This document shows, piece after piece, positions 50,502-63,600 of a DNA stretch of 64,000 bases (the first letter of the stretch is position 1; every line of letters begins with the position of its first letter). This DNA is from Dendrobates tinctorius. Taxonomy: Eukaryota. The translations under genes were made by a program, and so were the position numbers. The stretch covers positions 86,862,001 through 86,926,000 of the forward strand of contig NW_027361696.1 of NCBI RefSeq assembly GCF_039654945.1, in the 5' to 3' direction. The notes below the pieces were generated by a model, which was not told where the DNA came from, searched no databases, and worked only from the letters and a program-made list of their open reading frames with translations.

Positions 50502-51358
50502 TCTAATATATAAAGCTCAAGTGTGTGTATGTATGTATGTATGTATGTATGTGTGTATGTCCGGGATTAGCATCCGCACTGTCGCAGCTACAGCCACAAA
50601 ATTTGGCATAGTCACACGTCTTGACCCCGAGAGTGTCCTAGGCTATGTTGTGAGGCAAAATTTTAACCCCGTGCGTTCCAATTCACCAAACAATTTTGCC
50701 CCTATCTACATAATGGGGAAAAAGTGTGTGTGTATCAAGCCCCGCCCCTCATTATGATGTCATAATGGTTGCTATGGCGACGCTGATGTCATCATAGGTT
50801 GCAAGCCCCGCCGCTCATTATGATGTCATAATGGTTGACTATGGGATGGAGGATGTGTGATTGGTATATGGGCACTGGACTATGGGATGGAGGATATGTA
50901 TGACGGGTATATGGGCACGGGACTATGAGATGGAGGATGTATGATGGGTATATGGGCACTGGACTATGGGATGGAGGATATGTATGATGGGTATATGGGC
51001 ATGGGACCATAAGATGAAGGATGTGTGATGGGTATATGGGCACTCGACTATGGGATGGTGAATATGTATGATGGGTATATGGGCATGGGACTATGGGATG
51101 GAGGATGTGTGATGGGTATATGGGCATGGGACTATGGGATGGAGGATGTGTGATGGGTATATGGGCATGGGACTATGAGATGAAGGATGTGTGATGGGTA
51201 TATGGGCACTCGATTATGGGATGGAGGATATGTATGATGGGTATATGGGCACGGGCCTATGGGATCGTGGATATGTATGATGGGTATATGGGCACAGTCC
51301 TAGGGGATCGTGGATATGTATGATGGGTATATGGGCACGGGACTATGGGATGGAGGAT
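50502..51358 (+). mobile_element. Probable non-autonomous Helitron-like element, 5' part
   Basis: A|TCTAATATATAAAG start followed by (TGTA)n and a minisatellite; no 3' hairpin/CTRR end identified. Confidence 0.45.
50837..51358. repeat. 41-43 bp minisatellite (~12 copies)
   Basis: Unit GGGACTATGGGATGGAGGATGTGTGATGGGTATATGGGCAT. Confidence 0.95.
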
Positions 51359-51678
51359 AAATAAAAAAGTGCAAGAATAAACATATATGATGTTCTTGTT
51401 AAACAAAGAATAACACTTCTGATCATAATGGACAGTCAAGTGGCAGGGCAATTAAACAATAAAAGGCCCATATACCTATGGACATAAACTATTTTATAGT
51501 AGACTCTATACGGCATGAACAGTTGTGTACTTGTGAACAGTTGAGCCCTATATAGCCTCATATATACACAGGATGAACCCGCACATAGTCTCCTAGATGC
51601 AGTATGAGACCACATATAGTTTATTTATAGTATGAGTCTGCACATAGCCTTGTATACACAGTATGAGCCCCTATATAA

Positions 51679-53105
51679 GGCTGGTTTCACATTTGCGTTT
51701 TTTAGCGCTGGAAAAAAACGCATATGTGCGCATGCGTTTTTTCCCCTATATTTAACATGGGTGCGCATACCTGCGCGCTTGTAAGCGCATGTATGCGATT
51801 TTCATGCGCTGCGTTTTTTTGGGGTGTGCGTTTGTATTTTCCAGACGCAGCATGTTGCATTTTTTGGCCCTGCAAAAAAGCGCATGCGCACATATGCGCA
51901 CGTTTTGTGCTAAAAATGGCCATTATAGCCTATGGATGCGCATATGTGCGCACTGGCATGCTCATGTATGCGTTTTTTTGCATATGCGTTTTTTTTTTTT
52001 AACCATGGAATTTAGGGGTTTGGGTTAGAGTTAGGGTTAGTTAAGGGGGTTTAGGGTTAGGGTTAGGGTCAGGGTCAGGGTTAGGGTTGGGGTTTGGGTC
52101 AGGGTTAGGGTTAAGTATGGTTTGGTTAAGGGTTAGGGTCAGGGTAAGGGTCAGGATTAGGGTTAANNNNNNNNNNNNNNNNNNNNNNNNNNNNNNNNNN
52201 NNNNNNNNNNNNNNNNNNNNNNNNNNNNNNNNNNNNNNNNNNNNNNNNNNNNNNNNNNNNNNNNNNNNNNNNNNNNNNNNNNNNNNNNNNNNNNNNNNNN
52301 NNNAAGGATTAGGGTCAGGGTTAGGGTCAGGATTAGGNNNNNNNNNNNNNNNNNNNNNNNNNNNNNNNNNNNNNNNNNNNNNNNNNNNNNNNNNNNNNNN
52401 NNNNNNNNNNNNNNNNNNNNNNNNNNNNNNNNNNNNNNNNNNNNNNNNNNNNNNNNNNNNNNNNNNNNNNNNNNNNNNNNNNNNNNNNNNNNNNNTATGG
52501 TTTTGTTAAGGGTTAGGGTCAGGGTTAAGGTTAGGGTTAGGGTTAGGGTCAGGGTTAGGGTCAGGATTAGGGTTAANNNNNNNNNNNNNNNNNNNNNNNN
52601 NNNNNNNNNNNNNNNNNNNNNNNNNNNNNNNNNNNNNNNNNNNNNNNNNNNNNNNNNNNNNNNNNNNNNNNNNNNNNNNNNNNNNNNNNNNNNNNNNNNN
52701 NNNNNNNNNNNNNNNNNNNNNNNNNNNNNNNNNNNNNNNNNNNNNNNNNNNNNNNNNNNNNNNNNNNNNNNNNNNNNNNTGGGTTAGGGTTAAGTATGAT
52801 TTGGTTAAGGGTTAGGGTTAGGGTTAGGGTCAGGGTTAGGGTTAGGGTTAGGGTCAGGGTTAGGGTTAGTAAAGTCATGGTTTGGGTAGTGTGAGGGGCC
52901 ACCTAAAAATGTTGGAAAAAAACGCAAACGCGGTAAAAACGCACTAAAAACGCATACAAACGCATAAAAACGCTGCGTTTTTTTCATGCATGCTCATAAA
53001 AATGCTTGAAAAAAACGCAGCAGTTGTATGCTTTTGTATGCGTTTTTTCAATGCTTTTTTTGCGGGAAAAACGCGCTGCAAAAAAAAGCAAGTGTGAAAC
53101 TAGCC
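51679..53105. mobile_element. PIF/Harbinger-type MITE carrying telomere-like repeats
   Basis: TIR GGCTGGTTTCACA / TGTGAAACTAGCC; TSD TAA at 51676-51678 and 53106-53108; GCGTTTT / AAAACGC subterminal motifs. Confidence 0.85.
52011..52870 (+). repeat. Interstitial telomere-like repeat (TTAGGG/TCAGGG), partly N
   Basis: Visible between N runs; second copy at ~53869-54404. Confidence 0.93.
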
Positions 53106-53723
53106 TAACCTATATACAGTATGAATCCCATATAGCGTACTATATAGAGAATGAGCCCCATATAGCCTCCTATATACAAAATGACCCCAATATAACCTCC
53201 TATATACAATGTAAGCCCTCACATCCCACACATATTAATAAAAAAACACATACAGACAAACTCACCTCGAACCCGTTCCCCTGGCACTCTGCTCTGGTCC
53301 CTGAGGCTCCACTTCTAGTTTGGCTAGCACGAACATGCTAGCACGATGACGTTATCACGCTGGCACCAGCTGATAATGATATCACACTGGCACATCACAG
53401 CAGAGGCGATGGGAGCTCCCTTCCCGGATATGTTCACCGCCGATGGTAGCGCACAAAACATTATAAAGAGGGTGATTGGCCCCCAGAAGCTTTGGGCCCT
53501 GAGCAGTAGCCCAGATTGCCCTCATTATAATTCACCTATGGGCATAACAATTCCATAATATGGCACTATAGGGGGCACCGATTGGGATCATATAATCTCT
53601 AAGGCTTCTTAAAACACTATGTCATATGAACAAGGTAAAAGCTTTGTGCTAATGATAAAAAGCACAAGTTTAATATTCGGCTGTTGAAGACATTTGGATT
53701 TTTTTCTACAGCATTGGATGCAA

Positions 53724-55259
53724 NNNNNNNNNNNNNNNNNNNNNNNNNNNNNNNNNNNNNNNNNNNNNNNNNNNNNNNNNNNNNNNNNNNNNNNNNNNNN
53801 NNNNNNNNNNNNNNNNNNNNNNNNNNNNNNNNNNNNNNNNNNNNNNNNNNNNNNNNNNNNNNNNNNNNAAGGATTAGGGTCAGGGTTAGGGTCAGGATTA
53901 GGNNNNNNNNNNNNNNNNNNNNNNNNNNNNNNNNNNNNNNNNNNNNNNNNNNNNNNNNNNNNNNNNNNNNNNNNNNNNNNNNNNNNNNNNNNNNNNNNNN
54001 NNNNNNNNNNNNNNNNNNNNNNNNNNNNNNNNNNNNNNNNNNTATGGTTTTGTTAAGGGTTAGGGTCAGGGTTAAGGTTAGGGTTAGGGTCAGGGTTAGG
54101 GTCAGGATTAGGGTTAANNNNNNNNNNNNNNNNNNNNNNNNNNNNNNNNNNNNNNNNNNNNNNNNNNNNNNNNNNNNNNNNNNNNNNNNNNNNNNNNNNN
54201 NNNNNNNNNNNNNNNNNNNNNNNNNNNNNNNNNNNNNNNNNNNNNNNNNNNNNNNNNNNNNNNNNNNNNNNNNNNNNNNNNNNNNNNNNNNNNNNNNNNN
54301 NNNNNNNNNNNNNNNNNNNNTGGGTTAGGGTTAAGTATGATTTGGTTAAGGGTTAGGGTTAGGGTTAGGGTCAGGGTTAGGGTTAGGGTCAGGGTTAGGG
54401 TTAGTAAAGTCATGGTTTGGGTAGTGTGAGGGGCCACCTAAAAATGTTGGAAAAAAACGCAAACGCGGTAAAAACGCACTAAAAACGCATACAAACGCAT
54501 AAAAACGCTGCGTTTTTTTCATGCATGCTCATAAAAATGCTTGAAAAAAACGCAGCAGTTGTATGCTTTTGTATGCGTTTTTTCAATGCGTTTTTTTGCG
54601 GGAAAAACGCGCTGCAAAAAAAAGCAAGTGTGAAACTAGCCTAACCTATATACAGTATGAATCCCATATAGCGTACTATATAGAGAATGAGCCCCATATA
54701 GCCTCCTATATACAAAATGACCCCAATATAACCTCCTATATACAATGTAAGCCCTCACATCCCACACATATTAATAAAAAAACACATACAGACAAACTCA
54801 CCTCGAACCCGTTCCCCTGGCACTCTGCTCTGGTCCCTGAGGCTCCACTTCTAGTTTGGCTAGCACGAACATGCTAGCACGATGACGTTATCACGCCGGC
54901 ACCAGCTGATAATGATATCACACTGGCACATCACAGCAGAGGCGATGGGAGCTCCCTTCCCGGATATGTTCACCGCCGATGGTAGCGCACAAAACATTAT
55001 AAAGAGGGCGATTGGCCCCCAGAAGCTTTGGGCCCTGAGCAGTAGCCCAGATTGCCCTCATTATAATTCACCTATGGGCATAACAATTCCATAATATGGC
55101 ACTATAGGGGGCACCGATTGGGATCATATAATCTCTAAGGCTTCTTAAAACACTATGTCATATGAACAAGGTAAAAGCTTTGTGCTAATGATAAAAAGCA
55201 CAAGTTTAATATTCGGCTGTTGAAGACATTTGGATTTTTTTCTACAGCATTGGATGCAA
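53724..55259 (+). repeat. ~1.54-kb tandem duplicate of ~52190-53723
   Basis: Offset 1536 in the unique part (53105 to 54641); only a few differences seen. Confidence 0.93.
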
Positions 55260-55976
55260 AGTCTCGATGATTCATAGACTTTTCTATAGATATGGTTTGC
55301 GTGCATTCGATTGATGTAAGTTGATTCTTCCATGTCACAATTCCCTGAGGACTGATTTAATTGTGTCTTTTTTTGTCTTGACCTTTTCTGAAATTAAAAC
55401 AGGGACATTACAGTGAAAAGTTCTGATAACCAAAAAAGAAGTGTTTCCCTTGTGGCAGTCTAGGGATTTAATAAAGGCATTTAACCTATAATGCATGACA
55501 ACTATTACATGTTTTTTGGGGAAAAAGTGCAAGGTCACAAAATGTAAGTTCACGAAGTTAATTTTTAATAATTTAAATTACATTTGGATATATGATTTTG
55601 TGATAGAACAAACTACTGTATAATTTATGTGACTTGTAGGCTCGAGCATTTATTTATACTAGCAAAAAAACAAAAAGTTTCAGGAATTTAATTCAACTAG
55701 AAATTTGTGAATCAATGCACAGAGGATTATCGTCAAATCAAGTTTCCTGAAATTTGTTGTTTCATGTAAATTTGAACATTTTGAGATTGGAATTGCAGTT
55801 CAAATCAGAGAGCGTGTTAATGTCATTTTGCGTTGCTATGCATGCTTCCCCATAATGCTCTGCACCTATGACAACTTATGGATTATCATACCTTGTACCA
55901 TGGTCGTTAATACACGGGCCATCACAGATCAGCAGAGTTGTTTTCCATCTCCTGATCTACTGGATAAATCTCTCTT

Positions 55977-57135
55977 CTGTAGAGTGTAAGCTTTTACAGT
56001 CAGTAGGGTTCTCTCTTTCTCTTGTCTGTAGAGTGTAAGCTTTTACAGTCAGTAGGGTTCTCTCTTTCTCTCTCTCATCTGTAGAGTGTAAGCTTTTACA
56101 GTCAGTAGGGTTCTCTCTCTCTCGTCTGTAGAGTGTAAGCTTTTACAGTCAGTAGGGTTCTCTCTTTCTCTTGTCTGTAGAGTGTAAGCTTTTACAGTCA
56201 GTAGGGTTCTCTCTTTCTCTCATCTGTAGAGTGTAAGCTTTTACAGTCAGTAGGGTTCTCTCTCTCTCGTCTGTAGAGTGTAAGCTTTTACAGTCAGTAG
56301 GTGTTAGGAGTGGCGGAAGACACTAAATAAAAAAATAAATGAAGTGCCTTCGCCACTCGGGGTCCACCGTGTGGTGGATGGAAAAACTGCTGCTGAGAGA
56401 GGCAGATCACTAAAGCGGTAATGTGCACAGGGTTCTAAATCACCCAAGTGCAAACATGCAATCTCTGTTAAGGGACACAGAGCTGCACTGGTAAATAATA
56501 AGGAAATGGTAACGCTGAGCCTGTTAACAGCACAGGGTCTCAGCAGCACACGTACGGTAGCCGATCACAGGAGTAGTTATAAAACAACACTACAACCGAA
56601 CGGACTTACCGTAAATAAACGTGTGCACGGCGTCGCAACTGCGAACGCCTGGAAAGACTGCAACCGCAAAATCGCAAGTGCGATGCAGGACGCTTTGCTG
56701 CTGAGATAGATGAAGCTTGAGCGTGCTGGCACTAGCGCTGCTACTGGCTGACCCAAACACTCACACAATCGTAATAACCAAGGAAGGGGGTATTAAATGA
56801 GTTATTCACCAGTCCAAGCATCCATCAGCAAACATACAGCAGCAGTATGAAATACTAGCGCATGGCAGAACAGCCATGCACACTTTTTATAGTGAACGGG
56901 ACCTTCCGGAAATCTCCAGAGCCCTGAGCTGAACCAATGAAATCAGGAGCAGGACCTGAACACCTGACTCCTGAACTCCAATGGGAGCTCGTCCCATGGG
57001 CATGCTCAGAAGCTGGAAAAAAGGACTTAGCCTCTATAGAGATAAATGTGAGAATCTGGATTCCTGCATAGGCATCATAGAAACCAGATTCCTAACAGTA
57101 GGGTTCTCTCTCTCATCTGCAGAGTGTAAGGTCTT
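55977..57135. repeat. ~49-bp minisatellite (LINE 3'-end-like) split by a solo LTR
   Basis: CTGTAGAGTGTAAGCTTTTACAGTCAGTAGGGTTCTCTCT x ~7, resuming at 57098. Confidence 0.9.
56302..57097. mobile_element. Solo LTR
   Basis: TGTTAGGA...TCCTAACA termini; 5-bp TSD GTAGG. Confidence 0.92.
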
Positions 57136-58662
57136 ATAGACAGTAAATGTCTGCCTTGATGGTATTTATTCAAAGGCTGTGCAAATAGAAGAAGCAGTGG
57201 ATTTTTTACACAGAATTACTCAAAATCATCCTTGCTTGGAAACTAATAAGAGGCTTGGTCTTTCCTAAACGAAGACGCAATAGCTTTTTCACTAGCTGTT
57301 CAAAAATTATGCCTTTATTTTGGGAGCAAAAACAGGTATGCTGTTTTGCACGTGATGAAGAAAAGGCTTCTCAACTAGAAGTGAAAAAAATCCTTACTTT
57401 TTTGAGATTCGAAACAGATTTAATATTTCTGATGCTCCAACACATGTAGCATCAAATTTCAATTGGCAGCAATGGCGTAAATGAGGTGGCACCTTGCAGA
57501 CCATTCCATTTTAGTAATACAGAAACTTTCTTGGCTATTGCCAGGCCTGTGGACAAAAGCTCCCACCGACCCTCATGTTTCCACAAGTTTCCAGTCACAG
57601 AGGCTTCACCTCCTGTATCTGCTTTGGTAGTGCTTTGCTGCTTCTCCAAAAATGTATCCATTGGACCATGAACCTTTTTTTATTGTTCCTGCCCGCAGTG
57701 GCTTCTCTAGGTGTCTACAGCATAGTTCACTTTCAAGCTTAAAGACAAGTAAAGAGAGCAAATTATGTTCTTCTGCATGTTGAAATACAAATCAGTTACT
57801 CCTTTGTATGATAAATAAGAGCAGTGGAGCATCTTCAATCAATGCTGAGCACATGCCATTGTTTCTTGAGAGGTCAGCTGACTTCACGAGACGGTGTGGA
57901 AGTGACTTCACTAACAGCAACTTGATTTCTTGAAAGTTTAGTGGTAAACCAGCAGTTAACAGGGATTGTACACTTTTTTTCTCAACAGAAAATCAGGGAT
58001 GGATATTTGCTGGTGCACGGAAGGAGTAGCCATACTCAGAGTGCAACAAGCAGTAGTGGTAGATGATGATGATGGTGATTATTACACCAGGTATTACTTA
58101 AAGGTGCAAACTGGCTGAAAAAAGGATGAGCATGATGAGAAGGAGGGGAAGGACAACTTGAGGCTTGCTCTAAATGGTGTTTGGCTTGCTTTTCCCGCAT
58201 GAGCAGGTGTTGTTGCTTTACATGCTGATGGAAAGCTATAGTTCTAAAGCTATATAACAGACATTCGAGTTCAAAAGCTGACTGTTCAACTCTTCTAAGT
58301 CAACTTTAAAAAGATGTTTTGATATGTTATCTTCCTTAGACCCGGGAAAGAAGTCAAGGAGACAAAATGTAACCTGTGCTTCAAACTACTAAAGCTCTGA
58401 CAGTGGCTGACAGCAGTGCTGCTGTTAACAATTCCAATACTTTTTGCTACATTATAAGAAAGAGTTTTTCTCTCCCAAACGCTGCCAGTCCCACACTTTT
58501 GCATTTTTGACATAATAACTTGTAAGTTATTTAAAATAATATTTTTCCATATGCTAACCCTGGAAATTTATGAAATTCACCAGACATGCTAGAGAGGGTC
58601 CATGTGATGGCTAAAAAGTCTAATGCCACACCAGCCTGCCTGTAATATCAGTATGGCAAATA

Positions 58663-60030
58663 CAGTGGGAAAAATAAAGTAAAAGAAGGGGAGAAGCCAG
58701 CGCTGCTTGTGGTCAGAACGCAATACATAAAGTGCATAAGCACATATTAATTTCTAACTGTATTTCAAAATGAGACATTTAGCAAAAAATTGATCAATCA
58801 TTTGAGCTACGCCACCACGCCAAGGCATCCTCATAAGGGGCAGTCCTACTCTACGTTTTTTGTATTCGCTGTGCCATTACGGCCTCCTAAATGTATTAAA
58901 AGCAAGACCATATTGAAAGCAAACTGTACCTGAAACATTTTTGAATCACTCCCATGGTGCCAGAAAAGGCGAGTGCAGATAAAGGTTGACCAGGTACGGA
59001 CATAGACATTTCAGGTCTAACCTCCACACTTGCCTGACCAGCAACCACAGATGAAGGGTGATACAGGCCCAGACACAGGTGCACAATTAAATAAAGCCTG
59101 GGGCAGGGCTGGGCTGCTGTGAGTGTGCACAGCAGCCTAGATCAATCGCAATGAATAGAAAAAGAACGGCGAACATAACCCAGTGCGCATGGCAACAGTG
59201 GTGGTCAGCCACAAACCAATATCAATTAAAAAAAACGGGAGAAGCCAGTGCTGCTTATGGTCAGAACGCAATACATAAAGTGCATATGCACATATAGATT
59301 TCTAACTGTATTTCAAAATGAGACATTTAGCATAAAATTGATCAATCATTTGAGCTACCCCGCCACGCCAAGGCATTCTCATAAGGGGCAGTCCTACTCT
59401 ACGTTTTTTATAGTTGCTGTGCCATTACGGCCTCCTAAATGTATTAAAAGCAAGACCATATTGAATGCAAACTGTACCTGAAACATTTCTGAATCACTCC
59501 CATTGAGCCAGAAAAGGCGAGCGCAGATAAAGGTTGTAGTTCAAATGACTGATCGATTTTTTGCTAAATGTCTCATTTTGAAATACAGTTAGAAATTAAT
59601 ATGTGGATATTCACTTTATGTATTGCGTTCTGACCACAAGCAGCTCTGGCTTCGCCCCTTTTTTTAGTGGGAAAAATAAGTATTTCATACACTGACAATT
59701 TTGCAAGTTTCTCACGTACAAAGCATGGATACTGTGAGAGACAGAATCTAACAATAAAAAAAAACAGAAAATTACATTATTTGTTTTTTAAATAATTAAG
59801 CTGCAATTTATTAAATGAAATAAGTATTTGATCATCTGCCAACCAGCAAGAATTCTGACTCTCACAGACCAGTTAGTTTTTTATGTAAGAAGCCCTCCTA
59901 CTCTTCACTCATTACCGTTAATTGCACCAGTTTGAACTTGTTACTTGTATTAAAAACACCTGTCCCCACACTCAATCAATCACACTCCAACCTCTCCACT
60001 GTGGCCAAGACCAAAGAGCTGTCTAAGGAT
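58663..60030 (+). mobile_element. Tc1 left end and transposase start, interrupted in its TIR
   Basis: TA|CAGTGGGAAAAATAA, inner repeat ATAAGTATTTGATCA, GCCAAGACCAAAGAGCTGTCTAAGGA; same family as 44386-49840. Confidence 0.8.
58678..59665. mobile_element. Non-autonomous Penelope/retrozyme-like insertion (partial tandem plus inverted segment)
   Basis: 548-bp period (58689 / 59237), inverted copy ~59536-59660, 14-bp TSD AGTGGGAAAAATAA at 58664-58677 and 59666-59679. Confidence 0.65.
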
Positions 60031-61020
60031 CAGGGCTGCCACTAGGAATTTTGGGGCCCTATACTGGCAACATTTTCAGGGCCCCCTTGAGACTCTGCCC
60101 AGGCTTCACACCTCGAACTTTCCACAGTCTCACAGCCCTCTCTTGGAAATACTCCACTTCTGCACCACATCCTCACCAATCACACATTAACAGTTCCATC
60201 TCCATATCACACACATAGCCAGCATCTTTTGCTTTGGCCAAAAGATTTTTTTAATCCACCATCACGACAAGGTAGACTCTTTTGGTTGGGCCCTTCTCTA
60301 CTGTAACTTATTAAACATTTGTTAAAATATCCAATACAATTTAGGTATATTTTTATTTATTTTTCAATTTTTTAAATGACCAATAATATCACATACAAGG
60401 GACAAATACCACTGCACCTTGATAGGACCACATATTGCCATCATATAGTGATCAAATAATAGCACATACAAGGAGCAAATGCCTCCACACCATGGCCGGA
60501 CCACATTTTACCACCATATAGTGATAGAATACTACAATACAGATCATTAATATCACCATAAGTGCTGTTATACACAGGAGATCCTGCCCCATCTGTTCCA
60601 TAATCCTGTTCCATCTGTCCCATGATCATGCCCCATCTGTCTCATGATCCTGCCCCATGTGTCTCCATGGTATCCATCATGCCCCATGATCCTGCACCAT
60701 GTGTCTCCATCCTGCCCCATCTATCTCCATCCTGCCCCATCTGTCTCCATCCTTCCCCATCTGTCTCCATCCTGCCACATCTGTCTCCATCCTGCACAAT
60801 CTGTCTCCATCCTGCAGCATCTGTCTCCATCCTGCAGCATCTGTCTCCATCCTGCACTATCTTTCTGCCCCGTCTGTCTCCATCCTACCACACCTGTTTC
60901 CATCTTGCCCCATCTGTTTCCATCCTGCCCCATGATCCTGCTCCATCTGTCTCCATTCCTTCCCGTCTGTTTCCATACTGCCCCATGATACTGAACCATG
61001 TCTCCCTCCTGCCCCATCCA
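60031..61020. mobile_element. Probable non-autonomous hAT-type element, left part, with ~20-bp minisatellite (60583-61020)
   Basis: CAGGGCTGCC start, GGGGCCC subterminal motifs, CCATCCTGCCCCATCTGTCT repeats; no right TIR found. Confidence 0.55.
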
Positions 61021-63600
61021 TCTACATCCAATTTGCGGCCAAGCTAACCCTGCCTTTCAAGGTGGCGGTGTCCCAGCTGTGTTGGAGACTTCATCCTCTG
61101 CCTCTGACTTGTTCTTCCACTGAGCCGGCACCGGCAGTTGGGAAAGCCGATAGTTAATGCTGTACCATCAGGTGCTTGTATTGATGAATTTTCTATCCCT
61201 CTCCAGTGACAGAAACAATGATTGCACGTTGTTCTTGTAGCGGGCATCCAGAAGGGAGGCATCCCAGTAATCTGCACTGATGACAATAAGGGCAACTCAT
61301 GTGTGCCAAGCTGCCCAGAGGCAATGACAAGCTGTCCTCACTGGGAGGTGTATCTTCTGGGTCCTCACTCTCCCCCCAGCCACGCTCCAGTGATGCCAGC
61401 GAACTGCTCTGTGAGCCACCTTGCTGTGAACATGGTTGTTCCTCCTCTTCATCCTCATCATCCTCCAAAACTGTCACCTGGCTGGAAACTTGTGTAATTG
61501 GCCGCTGTTGATACAACAACCCATTTTCCGAGTCATATATGGATGAAAGGCCTATTAATGGTAAAAATGGTCCCGGTTTCTCCTGTTCCTCTTTTCTTTT
61601 TCCCGTGCTACTGATTCATGCATAATTAGCTGAAGTGTTGTTTCCAGCATGCATATAAGTGATAATGTAATGCTTATAGTGTTATCAACACTAGCCATGT
61701 TGTTGTAATGTTCAAAGCAGTGCAATATGGCACACAACTCGCCCATGGAGGCCTATTCATTGGTGGTGAAGTGGGGTTGTTCCGCAGAGCTACTTACTCG
61801 TGCATACTGTAGCTGAAACTCTTATGTTACTGAAATACTATTGCCTGCTGCTGCTAACACAACCTCTCCAGCATATGCAGCTCCTGTGTGGTGTGGTATC
61901 TGTCCCCCAAACACATCAGTTTCAGATCTGCCTGTTGTCATTTCCCCATGATTGTCTTCAAGTTGGTGGTGAGGTCTTACTTTGAGTGAATGATGAGGTG
62001 GTAGAGGAAGACGAGTAGGAAGAAGAGGCAACCTGGACATAAGAACATCCAGTAATCTTTGGTGATGGTAGGACATGCACTGCAACGCCTTCTGCCTCTG
62101 GCCCAGCTGACACTAGATTCACCCAGAGGGCAGTTAGGGAGATGTAAGGTCCCTGGCCGCACTTACTGGTCCACGTATCAGTGGTTATGTGGACATTGAA
62201 ACTGATGGTGTTGGGCAGTGCACACATGATTTGGTCAGCCAGATGTGTGTGCAGGGCAGGGATAGCCCATCTCGAAGAGTCATAGCGGCTGGGAACAGCA
62301 CACTGTGGGACAGCCACCACCAACAGTTTTTTTAAACTATGTCCCCGCCAGCTAGAATGGAAGCGTTTTGAAGGTGAGTAAGTTTGAAATACCATCATTC
62401 AGGACAATGGATTGGGGGTGACTAGGGGGGTATTTCCACTTTCTCACAAGGTTTTGGGGATGGAGAGCTGAACACTTCCATGGGACAATGTGGGGATGCT
62501 GGTGGTTGTGGTGCTTTCACATCCTGTCCTTGTGGGAAAGCAGGTGGCCCTGTTAATCATGAGTGGGAGGAAGAGACCGGGACTGCAGCAAAAGAGGGAG
62601 CAGGAAGAGGCTGTAATCTTTCATTCTTTTTATTATGTGTACTCAACTGTATCTCATGCTTATATTTCAGAAGCCTCATCATGCAGTTGGTGCTCAAGTT
62701 CAAAAATGTATGCCTTTTTTCAGGCTCTGACGGAACAGCGTGCAAAGCACCAGTGTCTTGTCATCAGCACATTGGGGGACAAAATGCCACTTCAGCCAGC
62801 TCTTTGAGCTGGCTTTGGTTTGCTTATTGCTTTTGCCTGGTTGGCAGTAGCAGCCGAAATACTGGCTAGGGGTTGGCTGCTGTGTTTTTCCACCCTGCTC
62901 CCAATTTGCTGTGCTGCTAGGGAAGTGTGACTACCTCCTCATCCTCTTAACTGATCTTGCCACTATGATGGCCTTTGCTCCATGTGGGGTCTAGGACCAT
63001 ATTATCCTCCACATCATATTCCATCCATTTGGCAACCCTGCCTTCCTTGCTGTTTGGCACACTGCAGAAAGACATAACATTTGGCATCTGTGCTTCCTCA
63101 TCCTCAGAGATGTGCTGCAGTGGTCCGCAGACCATGTGCACTGACTCTCTCACGTACCCATCCTTCGACATAACAAGTGCTTGGGCATCAGTGCATTCAG
63201 CCTCTTCCACTTGTGGGGCATGGAAAGGTGGATGGGCCACAGAACCCCAGCCAATGGAGTTATTAAACAGCTGAAGAGAATGCTGCATGACTTGGGGCTC
63301 AGACAGCTTGGCTGTTTTGCAAGGGAGTGAAGTGGAAGAATGATGTTCATGGCTCTCAGGTGCCATATCTGCTAAGGAACTGGAACCACTGTGAACCATT
63401 CAGTCTACTACCTTTTCAACATCTTGTAGCCTCATCATTCTGCCAACATTACTCGGCTTAAAAATAGATGTTGAATGTCCTGGCACCTGCTTGCACAATA
63501 GGAAATTGTTAGATTATGGCATGAAGCAGTCCCATGTCCTCTCCCTGCAGCAGCTACACCATCACCACCAGCGTCACCACTACCACATCCTTTATTTGAT
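61021..63600 (-). pseudogene. Heavily decayed hAT transposase (N-terminal and middle parts)
   Basis: VHITTDTWTSKCGQGPYISLTALWVN, AIPALH, ELCAILHCFE, GSLAHMS, VLDPTW, all collinear with the 18887-22420 protein. Confidence 0.85.

Noticed and set aside
52011-54404. True telomere or chromosome fusion site
   Set aside because: Single orientation, degenerate repeats, enclosed by MITE TIRs, no head-to-head CCCTAA junction visible.
57452-58513. Short ORFs as host exons
   Set aside because: No recognisable domain or convincing splice structure.
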